Of a stretch of DNA of 64,000 nt, positions 36,012 through 45,411 are shown piece by piece. Position 1 is the first letter of the stretch; each line of letters opens with the position of its first letter. Position numbers and translations under genes: made by a program. This DNA is from an uncultured delta proteobacterium (GTDB lineage: Bacteria; Myxococcota_A; Polyangia; Polyangiales; Houyiibacteriaceae): assembly GCA_963792825.1 (NCBI GenBank), contig CAWBXS010000005.1, forward strand, positions 559,056 through 623,055. Reading direction: 5' to 3'. Below the pieces are notes generated by a model. It was given only the letters and a program-made list of their open reading frames with translations. It searched no databases and was not told the origin of the DNA.

Positions 36012-37121
36012 TTGACTCTGGTTCGGCTCGTGCTCAGCGATCTGCATCTCGGGACGGGAACCCGACGTGGACAGCTGAATCCGCTCGAGGATTTCATCCA
36101 CGACGACCGTTTGGTAGAGCTCCTTGCGCACTACCGGGGTCTTTCAGGCATCGATGGAAGCATCGAGCTGATCCTGAATGGTGACATCTTCGACCTGTTG
36201 AAGGTGAAAATTGCCGATCACTGGCCGACCGAAGTGACCGAGGAGATCGCAATCGCCAAGCTTCAACAATGCCTCGAAGGACACCCGAAGGTCGTGCTCG
36301 CAATCCGCGAGTTCCTTCAGAGCCCGGCGAACCGACTCACTTATCTTCCTGGAAACCACGACCTCGAGCTTTGGTTCCCCGGGGTGCAGGAGCTCTTTCT
36401 CCGGTACGTCGCGCCCGGGGAGGCTGCGGAACGGGTGCACTTCGTCACCTCTTCCGACACGTACTACCTGCCTGAAGGGATCCAAATCCGTCACGGCCAT
36501 CAATTCGAGCGCATTCACCGCGTGGACTACTCGCAGATGACACGCACGCGACGAGACGGAACCGAAGTCTTGGCGTTGCCTTGGGGAAGCCTGTGGATCC
36601 TCGAGGTGATGAACCCACTCAAAGAGATCCGGAGCCATGTCGATCGCATTCAGCCTCTGCGGCGGTTTCTTTGGTCGTCGGCGCTCTTGGACCCGGGCTT
36701 CGTTCTGAAGTTTCTTTGGCGCTCGACCGTCTATTTTCTTCGCCACCGGGTTTTCACGATCCAAGCATGGCGCGAGCGCATCGTGCACTTTCCACGACTG
36801 GTTCGCGAGGAGATCCTAGAGATCACGAGCGGAGGCTACGACGAGCGTGCCATTCGCGCGCTCAACAAGATCCGCGGCGCCCATACCCTGATCGTGGGCC
36901 ACAGCCACGGCCCACGCTTTCTCCAGCTCCCGAACGATCGGATCCTGGTGAACACGGGGACGTGGGTGAAGATGATCAACCTGGACTTGCAACATCTCGG
37001 CCAACACAGCGGCCTCACGTATGCCGTCATCGCATACGATGACGACGGCAGGCCGGAAACGACGCTCATGAGATGGCGAGGCGCCCATGAGCCCTGCGAA
37101 GCGATCCCTTACGCGGACTAG
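36012..37121 (+). CDS. Calcineurin-like metallophosphoesterase
   Basis: SDLHLG, NGDIFD, GNHD, HGH and GHSH metal-binding motifs. TTG start with GGAGG 11 nt upstream. Confidence 0.8.
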   Translation: MTLVRLVLSDLHLGTGTRRGQLNPLEDFIHDDRLVELLAHYRGLSGIDGSIELILNGDIFDLLKVKIADHWPTEVTEEIAIAKLQQCLEGHPKVVLAIREFLQSPANRLTYLPGNHDLELWFPGVQELFLRYVAPGEAAERVHFVTSSDTYYLPEGIQIRHGHQFERIHRVDYSQMTRTRRDGTEVLALPWGSLWILEVMNPLKEIRSHVDRIQPLRRFLWSSALLDPGFVLKFLWRSTVYFLRHRVFTIQAWRERIVHFPRLVREEILEITSGGYDERAIRALNKIRGAHTLIVGHSHGPRFLQLPNDRILVNTGTWVKMINLDLQHLGQHSGLTYAVIAYDDDGRPETTLMRWRGAHEPCEAIPYAD

Positions 37122-37168
37122 GTGCCACTGGCGCCACCCACCGAGATGGAATACTATCCGGGTGTTCA

Positions 37169-38194
37169 GTGCCTCGTGACCGGAGCAACCCCGCGAATCG
37201 CTTCGAGGAAACCTACATCGAGTGGGAAGGTGAACCTCCACCCGCCGACCTGCAGCTTCACGAAGAGCAAGCGAAGAGCGCGCTTTCCGAGAACCGAAGC
37301 CCCGACGTCGGCTTCCGCTGGAGTGTGAACCCGTATCGCGGTTGCTTTCACGCGTGCGCCTATTGCTACGCGCGCCCGACGCACCCGTATCTCGGCTTTG
37401 GTGCCGGGACGGATTTCGAACGGCAGATCGTAGTGAAGGTGAACATCGTCGAGCGCTTGAAAGAGGCGTTCGAAAAGAAGTCCTGGCGCCAGGAGTTGGT
37501 TGCGTTTTCGGGCAATACCGACTGCTATCAGCCGATTGAAGCGCATTACCGGCTCACCCGCGGATGCCTGCAGGTCTGCGCCGACCACGCGAATCCAGTC
37601 GCGATCATCACCAAAGGAAAGCTGGTCCGGCGCGACATCGACGTGTTGCAAGAGCTGCAGCGCAACGCCGGCTGTCGCGTGGCGCTGAGCATTCCCTTCG
37701 CAGACGATGGGCACGCACGTGCGATCGAACCTTTCGCGAGCTCTCCCAGCAAGCGCTTCGAGACGCTGCGTTTGCTGTCGCAGGCGGGGATCGAAACGGC
37801 AGTTGCCGTCGCGCCCATCATTCCCGGTCTCAACGACGATCAAATCCCCGAGATCCTGAAACGCGCGTCCGAAGCGGGTGCGGTCAGCGCCTTCAGCGTG
37901 CTGCTCCGGCTTCCGCTCGAGGTGGGGCCGATTTTCGAGGCTCGGTTGGCTGAAGCGTTTCCTTTGCGGCACACGAAAGTCATGGGCGCCCTTCGCGACG
38001 TCCGCGGAGGGCAAACCAGCGACAGCCGCTTCGGTTCCCGCATGGTGGGTCGAGGTCCTCGGTGGGAGGTCATCGAGCGGTTGTTTTCGACCCATTGCGA
38101 CCGCTTGGGATTGAGCCACCAAGCGGGTGAAGCGCCCAAGCCGCCTCCACGAAAAGGCACCCGTGGCGGCCCTCAGCTGCCCCTCGTCTTCTAA
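37169..38194 (+). CDS. Radical SAM protein, PA0069-like family
   Basis: N-terminal SNPANRFE and the CFHACAYCY (CxxxCxxC) cluster, with a layout typical of the PA0069 family. GTG start. Confidence 0.8.
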   Translation: MPRDRSNPANRFEETYIEWEGEPPPADLQLHEEQAKSALSENRSPDVGFRWSVNPYRGCFHACAYCYARPTHPYLGFGAGTDFERQIVVKVNIVERLKEAFEKKSWRQELVAFSGNTDCYQPIEAHYRLTRGCLQVCADHANPVAIITKGKLVRRDIDVLQELQRNAGCRVALSIPFADDGHARAIEPFASSPSKRFETLRLLSQAGIETAVAVAPIIPGLNDDQIPEILKRASEAGAVSAFSVLLRLPLEVGPIFEARLAEAFPLRHTKVMGALRDVRGGQTSDSRFGSRMVGRGPRWEVIERLFSTHCDRLGLSHQAGEAPKPPPRKGTRGGPQLPLVF

Positions 38195-38306
38195 GCTGGC
38201 CCACAGATTGCACGGATCTCCGGTGAACGCGCCCAAGCGCCCCCTGCGATGGAAATAAAATCAGTGATTTTGAATACTTACATCACAGCGCAAGGTTTGG
38301 ACGACT

Positions 38307-38329
38307 TGTCATCTCGTGACATGATGTCA
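38307..38329. promoter_or_regulatory. Three TGTCA/TGACA half-sites over a candidate promoter of the EBP gene
   Basis: TGTCA-tctcg-TGACA-tga-TGTCA overlaps TTGGAC(38297)-N17-CATGAT(38325) in an AT-rich leader. Confidence 0.4.
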
Positions 38330-38353
38330 ACAATGAGTGCCAGAGAGTCAATC

Positions 38354-39712
38354 ATGAACGATTCGAGCGATATCTCGGTGCTCGTCGTCGACGACGAGTC
38401 GCCCAACGTCGAGTCCCTTCGGCGGATCTTCGAGAGAGAGGGATTCGCCGTGCTCACCGCGACCAGCGGGCAGAGGGCACTGGACGTATGCCGGCGGCAC
38501 CCGGTGCACGTAGTGGTCAGCGATCTGATGATGCCCGGGATGAATGGCATCGAGCTCGTCAGGGCCCTCAAGACCGTGGTCCCGGAAGCCGAGGTCGTGT
38601 TGATGACCGCGTTTGGCACCGTCGAGAAAGCGGTCGAAGCGATGAGAGCCGGTGCGTACGACTTCGTCGAAAAACCCTTGAAGCGGCTCCAGATGGTGAA
38701 GACGGTCCGTAAGGCCGCGGAGCGACACCAGCTCGTCGTCGAAAACAAGGACCTGAGGCAGCAACTGTCGCAGCTGAGCGATCGAAGCATCGTCGGCTCT
38801 GCGGCGTCGCTTCGGAGCGCGCTGGAGATCGCGACGCAAGCGGCACCCTCGTCTGCAAACGTGTTGATCCTCGGGGAGAGTGGGACAGGCAAGGAGCTTC
38901 TCGCACGCTTCATCCACGAACGAAGCGGCAGAGGTACGTTCGTCGGCGTCAATCTCTCCGCCCTCCCCGAGACCATCGTGGAGTCGGAGCTCTTCGGCCA
39001 CGAAAAAGGGGCATTCACGGGTGCGGTGGCGCGGCGCGGCGGCCGTATCGCGGAAGCTGAAGGGGGGACCCTGTTCCTCGATGAGATTGGCGAGCTCTCC
39101 GCAGCGGTACAGGTGAAGCTTCTCCGGGTCCTCCAAGAAGGCGAATATCAACCCGTTGGCGGCCAAACGAAGAAAGCCGATTTTCGTTTGATCGCAGCCA
39201 CCAATCGCGACCTCCACGCGGCAGTGGAAGCCGGAGAGTTTCGTGAAGATCTCTACTATCGATTGAACGTGATCGCGATCACCAGTCCGCCGCTGCGGGC
39301 GCGCCGCGAGGATATCCCCCTTCTGACCGAACACTTCGTCGAAACCTATTGTGCCAAGAACAAGAAGCAGCCGTTGGCGGTCGACCGGGACGCGCTCGAA
39401 CAGCTGGTGGCGTATGATTGGCCGGGCAACGTTCGAGAGCTACAAAACGTCATCGAACGGGCCGTCGTGCTGAACAAGGAGGGGGTCATCAAGCTCGCCG
39501 ATCTGCCCGATCCCGTCGCGAGTGCCGAGCCTCAGGTCGACGCGTTCAGCTTTCCGGTCGGGACGCCGTTGGGCGAGGTCGAGAGACGCGTGATCCACGG
39601 CACGCTGCAACACACGTCTGGGGACAAGCAGCTCGCCGCTCAACTCCTTGGGATTTCCGCGCGTACGATCTATCGGAAGCTCGGGGCCGAGAAGGGTGAC
39701 GAGGCCGCCTGA
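38354..39712 (+). CDS. Sigma-54-dependent response regulator (NtrC-family enhancer-binding protein)
   Basis: Receiver domain (VLVVDDE...VVSDLMMPGMNG), AAA+ domain (GESGTGKELLA) with the GAFTGA loop, and a C-terminal Fis-type HTH (AAQLLGISARTIYRKL). Start set at MNDSS (38354). The upstream in-frame part is AT-rich and non-coding-like. Confidence 0.9.
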   Translation: MNDSSDISVLVVDDESPNVESLRRIFEREGFAVLTATSGQRALDVCRRHPVHVVVSDLMMPGMNGIELVRALKTVVPEAEVVLMTAFGTVEKAVEAMRAGAYDFVEKPLKRLQMVKTVRKAAERHQLVVENKDLRQQLSQLSDRSIVGSAASLRSALEIATQAAPSSANVLILGESGTGKELLARFIHERSGRGTFVGVNLSALPETIVESELFGHEKGAFTGAVARRGGRIAEAEGGTLFLDEIGELSAAVQVKLLRVLQEGEYQPVGGQTKKADFRLIAATNRDLHAAVEAGEFREDLYYRLNVIAITSPPLRARREDIPLLTEHFVETYCAKNKKQPLAVDRDALEQLVAYDWPGNVRELQNVIERAVVLNKEGVIKLADLPDPVASAEPQVDAFSFPVGTPLGEVERRVIHGTLQHTSGDKQLAAQLLGISARTIYRKLGAEKGDEAA

Positions 39713-39729
39713 GCGGCGCGACCTCTCGG

Positions 39730-39756
39730 TGTCATTTTGTCAATTGCAGTGTGACA
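39730..39756. promoter_or_regulatory. Candidate upstream activator sequence (TGTCA-N3-TGTCA-N9-TGACA)
   Basis: Three half-sites with the same pentamer as at 38307-38329, lying 82-108 nt upstream of the -24 element at 39838. Confidence 0.45.
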
Positions 39757-39836
39757 GCCTCGCCACGTTGTCTAGGCGCACGGGCCCCGACGGACCCCTC
39801 GGGTGCGAAATCATTGCCCTTTCAGCTCTCCCGGTT

Positions 39837-39851
39837 CGGCACGGGGGTTGC
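39837..39851 (+). promoter_or_regulatory. Sigma-54 (-24/-12) promoter preceding gspC
   Basis: cGGCACG-GGGG-TTGCT against the consensus TGGCACG-N4-TTGCW. Only the first T differs. Confidence 0.6.
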
Positions 39852-39865
39852 TCTAGCTCATTTCG

Positions 39866-40852
39866 GTGGATACTCCCCAACAGAGGCGATTCTCGGCTGC
39901 GATCATCCTCGCAACGCTGGCGGTCTGCGCTTTCTTCCTGGCGCAGGGGGCGACGCGTGTTCTGGCTTCCGAGTTGCTCGCCTCGGATGTGGAGCCGGCG
40001 ACGCCCCGCACGCGGCCGAGTCCGACGGCGACGCCGAGCTTTCTGCGCAAGCGGGATGCAACCGTGATTCTCAAGAGAAACATTTTCGATTCGGCGCTCG
40101 GGGACCTGACCGCCGTCCCACTTGCGGAGGGGCTGGTCGGTCCCGACGGCGAGCCGGTCGAGGCGTGGGATCCGAGCAAGCCTCCTCCGAAGTGCGCGGG
40201 CAGCCTGCGCCTCGTCGGCTCGGTCATGAGCCCCGGTTACCCGGAATGGTCGTTTGCTGCGATCGCAGGTTCGAGCGACGGAAAAACCCTACTCTACCGC
40301 GAGGGCTCTACCGTCGATGGCTCCCGTGTGTTGGCGGTCTACTCGTCGAAAGTCGTCGTGAGCAGCGCGGGCGGTGCGTGTCAGCTTCAGATGTTCGAAG
40401 AGGATGAGGGGGCCGTCGCTCGTGCGCCGATGCCGACGCGGACGCCCGCGGCGCCTGCGACCGACCCGGCAGCCGCACGCAATGCCGGGCTCAGCGATGC
40501 AGAGCTCGATGATGGGATCACGAAGATCAGCGAGACGAAGTTTCGCATCCAGCGCAGCCTGGTCGACAAGGCGCTCGCGAATCAGGGAAGCCTGATGAGA
40601 ACGGCGCGCGTGATTCCGCACGAAGAGGACGGTCGGGTCGTCGGGGTCAAGCTCTATGGCATTCGACGCAACAGCTTGCTCGGCCGGCTCGGGGTTCGCA
40701 ATGGCGACATGCTCCGTACGATCAACGGGTTCGACATGACGAGCCCGGACACCGCCCTCGAGGCGTACTCGCGCTTGAGAAGCGCGGACAAGCTCACACT
40801 TGCGGTGAAACGACAAAACCAAGAAACAACCATCGAGTACGACATCGAATGA
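39866..40852 (+). CDS. gspC: Type II secretion system protein GspC
   Basis: N-terminal TM (FSAAIILATLAVCAFFLAQ), a HR-like middle region and a C-terminal PDZ domain (GVKLYGIRRNSLLGRLGVRNGDMLRTINGFDM). It is the first gene of the gsp cluster. GTG start. Confidence 0.8.
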   Translation: MDTPQQRRFSAAIILATLAVCAFFLAQGATRVLASELLASDVEPATPRTRPSPTATPSFLRKRDATVILKRNIFDSALGDLTAVPLAEGLVGPDGEPVEAWDPSKPPPKCAGSLRLVGSVMSPGYPEWSFAAIAGSSDGKTLLYREGSTVDGSRVLAVYSSKVVVSSAGGACQLQMFEEDEGAVARAPMPTRTPAAPATDPAAARNAGLSDAELDDGITKISETKFRIQRSLVDKALANQGSLMRTARVIPHEEDGRVVGVKLYGIRRNSLLGRLGVRNGDMLRTINGFDMTSPDTALEAYSRLRSADKLTLAVKRQNQETTIEYDIE

Positions 40853-40888
40853 GGCGCCATCTTGGGCTCTTACGGCGGGGAATGAACA

Positions 40889-43633
40889 GTGACTTCTAGA
40901 AAAAGGCTCATTTGCTTGATCGCCGGCGCTCTGCTGCTCGGCACGGGACATGGCGCCATCGCTCAGGACAATGACGCAACACCGAAGGCGCCGCCCACTC
41001 GGCTCCCGACACCACCCGTACCGCTGCGGCCTGCCCCCAAAGTGGAGCCCACGGCTACACCCGCGGCCGAAGCACCCGAAGAGCCGGCAAACGAGCTTCC
41101 GCAGTTCGAGACCGGGGTCGAGTTCCAAGCGATGTCGCCGCGCACACGGGTCACGTTCAATCTGGAGGATGCGGAGCTTCCCGACTTGGTGCGCCTGATC
41201 TCGAACATGACCGGACGTCGGTTCATTCTGCCGACGAAGCTTCGGTCGATCAAAGCAACGGTATTTGCACCCACGAAGGTGACCGTCGCGGAGGCGTACC
41301 AGGCCTTCTTGTCGGTGTTGGAGGTGAACGGTTTCACCGTCGTACCGTCGGGACGGTATTTGAAGATCGTCGAGAGCGCGCAAATCGAGCGGCAACCGAT
41401 TCCGATGTACGAGGACGGAAGCGTGATTCCGGGCTCGGACCGTTACATCACACGCATCCATCACCTGGAGCACACGTCTGCCGAGGACGTCACCAACCTG
41501 CTCCAACGCTTCCTATCCCGGACCGGAAACATCACCTCTTACGGCCCGACGAACATGCTGATCATCACGGAGACCGGAGCCAACCTCCAGCGCCTGCTTC
41601 GTCTGATCACCGCAATCGACCTTCCGCGCAGTGGAACGCAAACGTGGATCGAGCCGATTCACTACGCCAACGCAGGGGAGCTCGCCGCCAGGCTTCTCGA
41701 GATTTTCGCGGTCGACACGGCACAGGGCGGAGCGAGCCCAACCCCTAGGCCGGCGGCCAGCAAGCCCAACGCCAACGAGCCGGTGATCGGCGGCGTATCG
41801 GGGGAGCCGAACATCCGCAACATCATCGCCGACGAGCGAACGAACTCGCTCATCATCATCGCTACGGAGCGGGCCTATTTGCACATCCTCGAAATGATCC
41901 GTCAACTGGATCTGCCGCTCGAGGGCGAGGGTCGCATTCACGTTCACTACGTGCAGCATGGCGCCGCCGCGGATATCGCAGGCGCACTGACCGCGCTGGT
42001 CGGCGGAACCTCCGTCTCCGGGGCAACCGCCAGCCCGGCCGCGCGGGCGCAGGCGCAGGCCCGTCGCGCCGCAGCACCAATCACAGCGGGCACTCTCTTC
42101 GAGGGCGCGATCGCCGTCACGGCGTATGAGCCGTCGAACGCGCTGGTCATCACGTCGTCGCTTCACGACTACACCGCGCTCAAGAGCGTGATCGAACGGC
42201 TCGATGCACCCCGGAAGCAGGTATTCATCGAGGCGGTCGTCATGGAGCTCGGGGTAGAACGCACCTCGGATCTCGGTTTTGCATTCCATGGCGGCGCCGG
42301 AAACTTCCCGACCGATGGATCGCTTTCCTTGTTCGGGTTCAATGCTCCGTCCTCCATCGACATCACGCAGAACAATCTGACAGGGTTGGCGCTCGGGGTT
42401 CGGGGACCGACGATCGAAAACTCGCAGCAGTTGGTCGGATTCTCGGTTCCTGGGTTTGGCGTGGTCGTGACGGCGCTCGCCTCGTCGGGCGATGCGGACG
42501 TGCTTTCGACGCCGCATATCATCGCGATCGACAACACGGAGGCGGAGATCAGCGTGGGTGAGAACATCCCGCTCCAGACCAACGGTGTCGCACCCGGTAC
42601 CTTTGCGGGCGCAGGGAGCTTGGGCGCCTTGGCGCAAGCATCTGCCGGCGGCCAGGATTTGGGCAGCCTCGCCGGTCTGGCAGGCGGGCTCGGCAGCGTT
42701 GCCCGTCAGGACGTCGGCACCACCATTCGAGTCGTGCCACACATCAATGAGAACAACGAAGTCAGGCTCGAAATCGAGGAGGAGATTTCCGAGCAAGGGG
42801 CGACTTCGGGCACTTTGGGGGTCGTGTCGATCAACCGGCGCACCGCACGAACCGAGGTCATGATCCGAGATCAACAGACGATCGTCATCGGCGGTCTGAT
42901 GCGCGACGCCATCCAGAACAAGGAAGACAAGGTTCCCGTTCTCGGCGACATCCCGATTCTCGGTGCCCTTTTTCGGAAGACCAGTAAGAACAAACGCAAA
43001 ACCAACCTGCTGCTGATTCTGACTCCGTACATCATTCGGGACCCTGGCGACCTTCGCGAGATCTTCGAACGCAAGATGCAAGAGCGGCAGCAGATGATCG
43101 ACCGCTACTTCGTGTTCGGAGAAGAGAAATTCGAGCCGCACATCGACTACTCCCGCACCCGCGGGTTGGTGTCCGAAATCATCAACGAGATCGACAGCGT
43201 AGAAGAGGAGATCTTGCTGGCGAAGGCCGCCGAGCTCGCGCCCGCGCCCGACCACGTTCCACGCGAGCCGATTGGCGCGTACCGTCGGCCAGCGGCTTCC
43301 CAAGAAGAAAACATGGTGATCGGACCCAACGGCGTGGAACCGATGGAAGCGCCCAAGCTTGAAACGCGCATCCCTCCGACGCCCGCAGACGTGCAGGAGG
43401 GCGGTGGTGCGCCGCCCCCACCGACCGACCTCGCGCCAGGAGCGCCCGCCGAGACGGAAACGCCTTCCGAGGCGCCGGCGACCCCTGGAGACGGTGAGAA
43501 GGTGATCGAGCCCGACGAACCGGTGCCCGCTCCCGCCGAAGCCGCAACCGCACCCGACGGCAGCCCCGCCGTGGAGGCTCCCGAAGAAGTCGCCGAGCCG
43601 ACCGGCGAAGAACCGGAGAGAGCCGCCGAATGA
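40889..43633 (+). CDS. gspD: Type II secretion system secretin GspD with a Pro/Ala/Glu-rich C-terminal tail
   Basis: Signal peptide, N0-N3 domains and a secretin core (VPVLGDIPILGALFR...LLLILTPYIIRD), followed by about 130 aa of low-complexity tail. Confidence 0.92.
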   Translation: MTSRKRLICLIAGALLLGTGHGAIAQDNDATPKAPPTRLPTPPVPLRPAPKVEPTATPAAEAPEEPANELPQFETGVEFQAMSPRTRVTFNLEDAELPDLVRLISNMTGRRFILPTKLRSIKATVFAPTKVTVAEAYQAFLSVLEVNGFTVVPSGRYLKIVESAQIERQPIPMYEDGSVIPGSDRYITRIHHLEHTSAEDVTNLLQRFLSRTGNITSYGPTNMLIITETGANLQRLLRLITAIDLPRSGTQTWIEPIHYANAGELAARLLEIFAVDTAQGGASPTPRPAASKPNANEPVIGGVSGEPNIRNIIADERTNSLIIIATERAYLHILEMIRQLDLPLEGEGRIHVHYVQHGAAADIAGALTALVGGTSVSGATASPAARAQAQARRAAAPITAGTLFEGAIAVTAYEPSNALVITSSLHDYTALKSVIERLDAPRKQVFIEAVVMELGVERTSDLGFAFHGGAGNFPTDGSLSLFGFNAPSSIDITQNNLTGLALGVRGPTIENSQQLVGFSVPGFGVVVTALASSGDADVLSTPHIIAIDNTEAEISVGENIPLQTNGVAPGTFAGAGSLGALAQASAGGQDLGSLAGLAGGLGSVARQDVGTTIRVVPHINENNEVRLEIEEEISEQGATSGTLGVVSINRRTARTEVMIRDQQTIVIGGLMRDAIQNKEDKVPVLGDIPILGALFRKTSKNKRKTNLLLILTPYIIRDPGDLREIFERKMQERQQMIDRYFVFGEEKFEPHIDYSRTRGLVSEIINEIDSVEEEILLAKAAELAPAPDHVPREPIGAYRRPAASQEENMVIGPNGVEPMEAPKLETRIPPTPADVQEGGGAPPPPTDLAPGAPAETETPSEAPATPGDGEKVIEPDEPVPAPAEAATAPDGSPAVEAPEEVAEPTGEEPERAAE

Positions 43634-45408
43634 GCTTCGAACAACGATACATCGGTGAGATCTTGGTCCGGCGCGGTGCGCTCGAGCCCGACAAGCTCGA
43701 GGATGCGCTCCAGGTCGCGGCGAGCCGTGCACTCGACCTCACGGATTTCCTGGTCGCGACCCACGTGGTCGAGGAGAACAAAGTCGTTCGGGCGCTGGCC
43801 GACGAGGTGGGCATGGAGTTCGTCGAGAAGATTGCGACCGAGCTCATTCCCGAAGACCTCATCGACGCGGTTCCAATCAATTTTGCTCGACAGAACCGAG
43901 TGCTTCCCCTGACTCAAACGGACGACAGTGTCCGCGTTGCAGTGGCGAATCCACTCGACCCTTGCGCGGTCGACGACCTCCGCATCCTGCTCGGAAAGAC
44001 GATCGTGCCCGTGGCGGCGTCCGAGGAAACGATCGATGACGCCATCAACCGCGTCTACGAGCGTGAGGACGAAACCGCGCTAGCCGACGCAAAAGAAGGC
44101 GAAGCGGTCGAGGAGCTTCGAGATCTGATCGACATGACGGACGAGGCCCCGGTGATTCGCTGGGTCAACAACTTGTTCTACACCGCCGTCAAGGAGCGCG
44201 CCTCGGACATTCACATCGAGCCGACCGACGAAAAGGTGGTCGTTCGGTATCGTGTCGACGGGCGTCTCATCCCCAGAAAAGAGGCGAATCGGGGGTTCCT
44301 CGCCTCGATCGTCAGCCGGGTGAAGATCGAGGCCGGTCTCAACATCGCGGAGAAACGCCTTCCGCAGGACGGACGCATCACCAAGAAGATCGCCGGGAAG
44401 GTGATCGACGTGCGTGTCTCGACGATTCCCACGGCCAAGGGCGAACGGGTCGTGATGCGTCTCCTCGACAAGGAGCAGGTTTTGCTCGACCTCATCGACC
44501 TAGGTTTCGCCCGCCGGGAGTTGGACCAGCTCGAGCATCTAATCCAGCGCCCGAACGGCATTCTGCTCGTCACGGGCCCCACCGGCTCCGGTAAGACCAC
44601 GACGCTCTATGCTTGCCTCAACAAGATCAACACTCCGGAAAAAAACATCCTGACCGCCGAGGATCCGGTCGAGTACGAGCTGCGCGGCATCGGCCAGATG
44701 CAGGTCCAGCCGAAAATCGGGCTCACGTTCGCCGCGGGCATGAGAAGCTTTCTGCGTCAGGATCCGGACGTGATCATGGTCGGCGAGATTCGCGACCACG
44801 AAACCGCAGAGATCGCGATCCATGCATCGCTGACCGGCCATCTCGTGCTCTCGACCCTGCACACGAACGATGCGCCGAGCGCCATCACCCGTTTGGTCGA
44901 CATGGACGTTCAGGCGTACCAGATCTCGTCCTCCGTGCTTGCCGTCTTGGCGCAGCGCCTCGTCCGAAAGCTGTGCGAGCACTGCAGGACCCCATACCCG
45001 CCAAACGCCCAGGACCTACGTGAGCTCGGCATCGACCTCGAGACGGCACAGGAGAAATTGGTCGAGCTTCGGAAGCTCGCTGCGACCACGGTGATCGGCC
45101 GCAGCAACCCGACGACGTTGCCCCCGCCGGTCAGCACCTTGTCCGGGGATCTGACCTTTTATCGTCACGCGGGCTGCGAAGAGTGCAGCAATACCGGGTA
45201 TCGCGGTCGAATTGGCATCTTCGAGCTCATGATGATCGACGAGCCCGTGCGTAGAGAGATCTTGAACAACAGCGACGCGAAGACGATCCAGCGCGTCGCA
45301 CAGCAACAGGGGATGAGGCTTCTTCGCGAGGACGGCGCCCGCCAGGTCGTCGCCGGGGTCACCAGCGTCGAAGAGGTGCTTGCAGCGACCCAAGCCGCCG
45401 AGGTCTGA
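43630..45408 (+). CDS. gspE: Type II secretion system ATPase GspE
   Basis: N-terminal domains, Walker A GPTGSGKTTT, Asp/His boxes and a tetracysteine motif (CEHC...CEEC). ATGA overlap with gspD. Confidence 0.93.
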   Translation: MSFEQRYIGEILVRRGALEPDKLEDALQVAASRALDLTDFLVATHVVEENKVVRALADEVGMEFVEKIATELIPEDLIDAVPINFARQNRVLPLTQTDDSVRVAVANPLDPCAVDDLRILLGKTIVPVAASEETIDDAINRVYEREDETALADAKEGEAVEELRDLIDMTDEAPVIRWVNNLFYTAVKERASDIHIEPTDEKVVVRYRVDGRLIPRKEANRGFLASIVSRVKIEAGLNIAEKRLPQDGRITKKIAGKVIDVRVSTIPTAKGERVVMRLLDKEQVLLDLIDLGFARRELDQLEHLIQRPNGILLVTGPTGSGKTTTLYACLNKINTPEKNILTAEDPVEYELRGIGQMQVQPKIGLTFAAGMRSFLRQDPDVIMVGEIRDHETAEIAIHASLTGHLVLSTLHTNDAPSAITRLVDMDVQAYQISSSVLAVLAQRLVRKLCEHCRTPYPPNAQDLRELGIDLETAQEKLVELRKLAATTVIGRSNPTTLPPPVSTLSGDLTFYRHAGCEECSNTGYRGRIGIFELMMIDEPVRREILNNSDAKTIQRVAQQQGMRLLREDGARQVVAGVTSVEEVLAATQAAEV

Positions 45409-45411
45409 GTC

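Noticed and set aside
37166-38236. 356-aa ORF antisense to the radical SAM gene (similarly 35228..36097 antisense to cysH, 36144..36788 antisense to the phosphoesterase and 38348..39334 antisense to the EBP gene)
   Set aside because: These have no motifs and antisense-type composition. The sense-strand genes carry diagnostic catalytic motifs.
41513-43732. 739-aa ORF antisense to gspD
   Set aside because: It is an Arg/Gly-rich translation with no motifs. gspD on the plus strand is unambiguous, so this is a long open antisense frame produced by GC3 bias.
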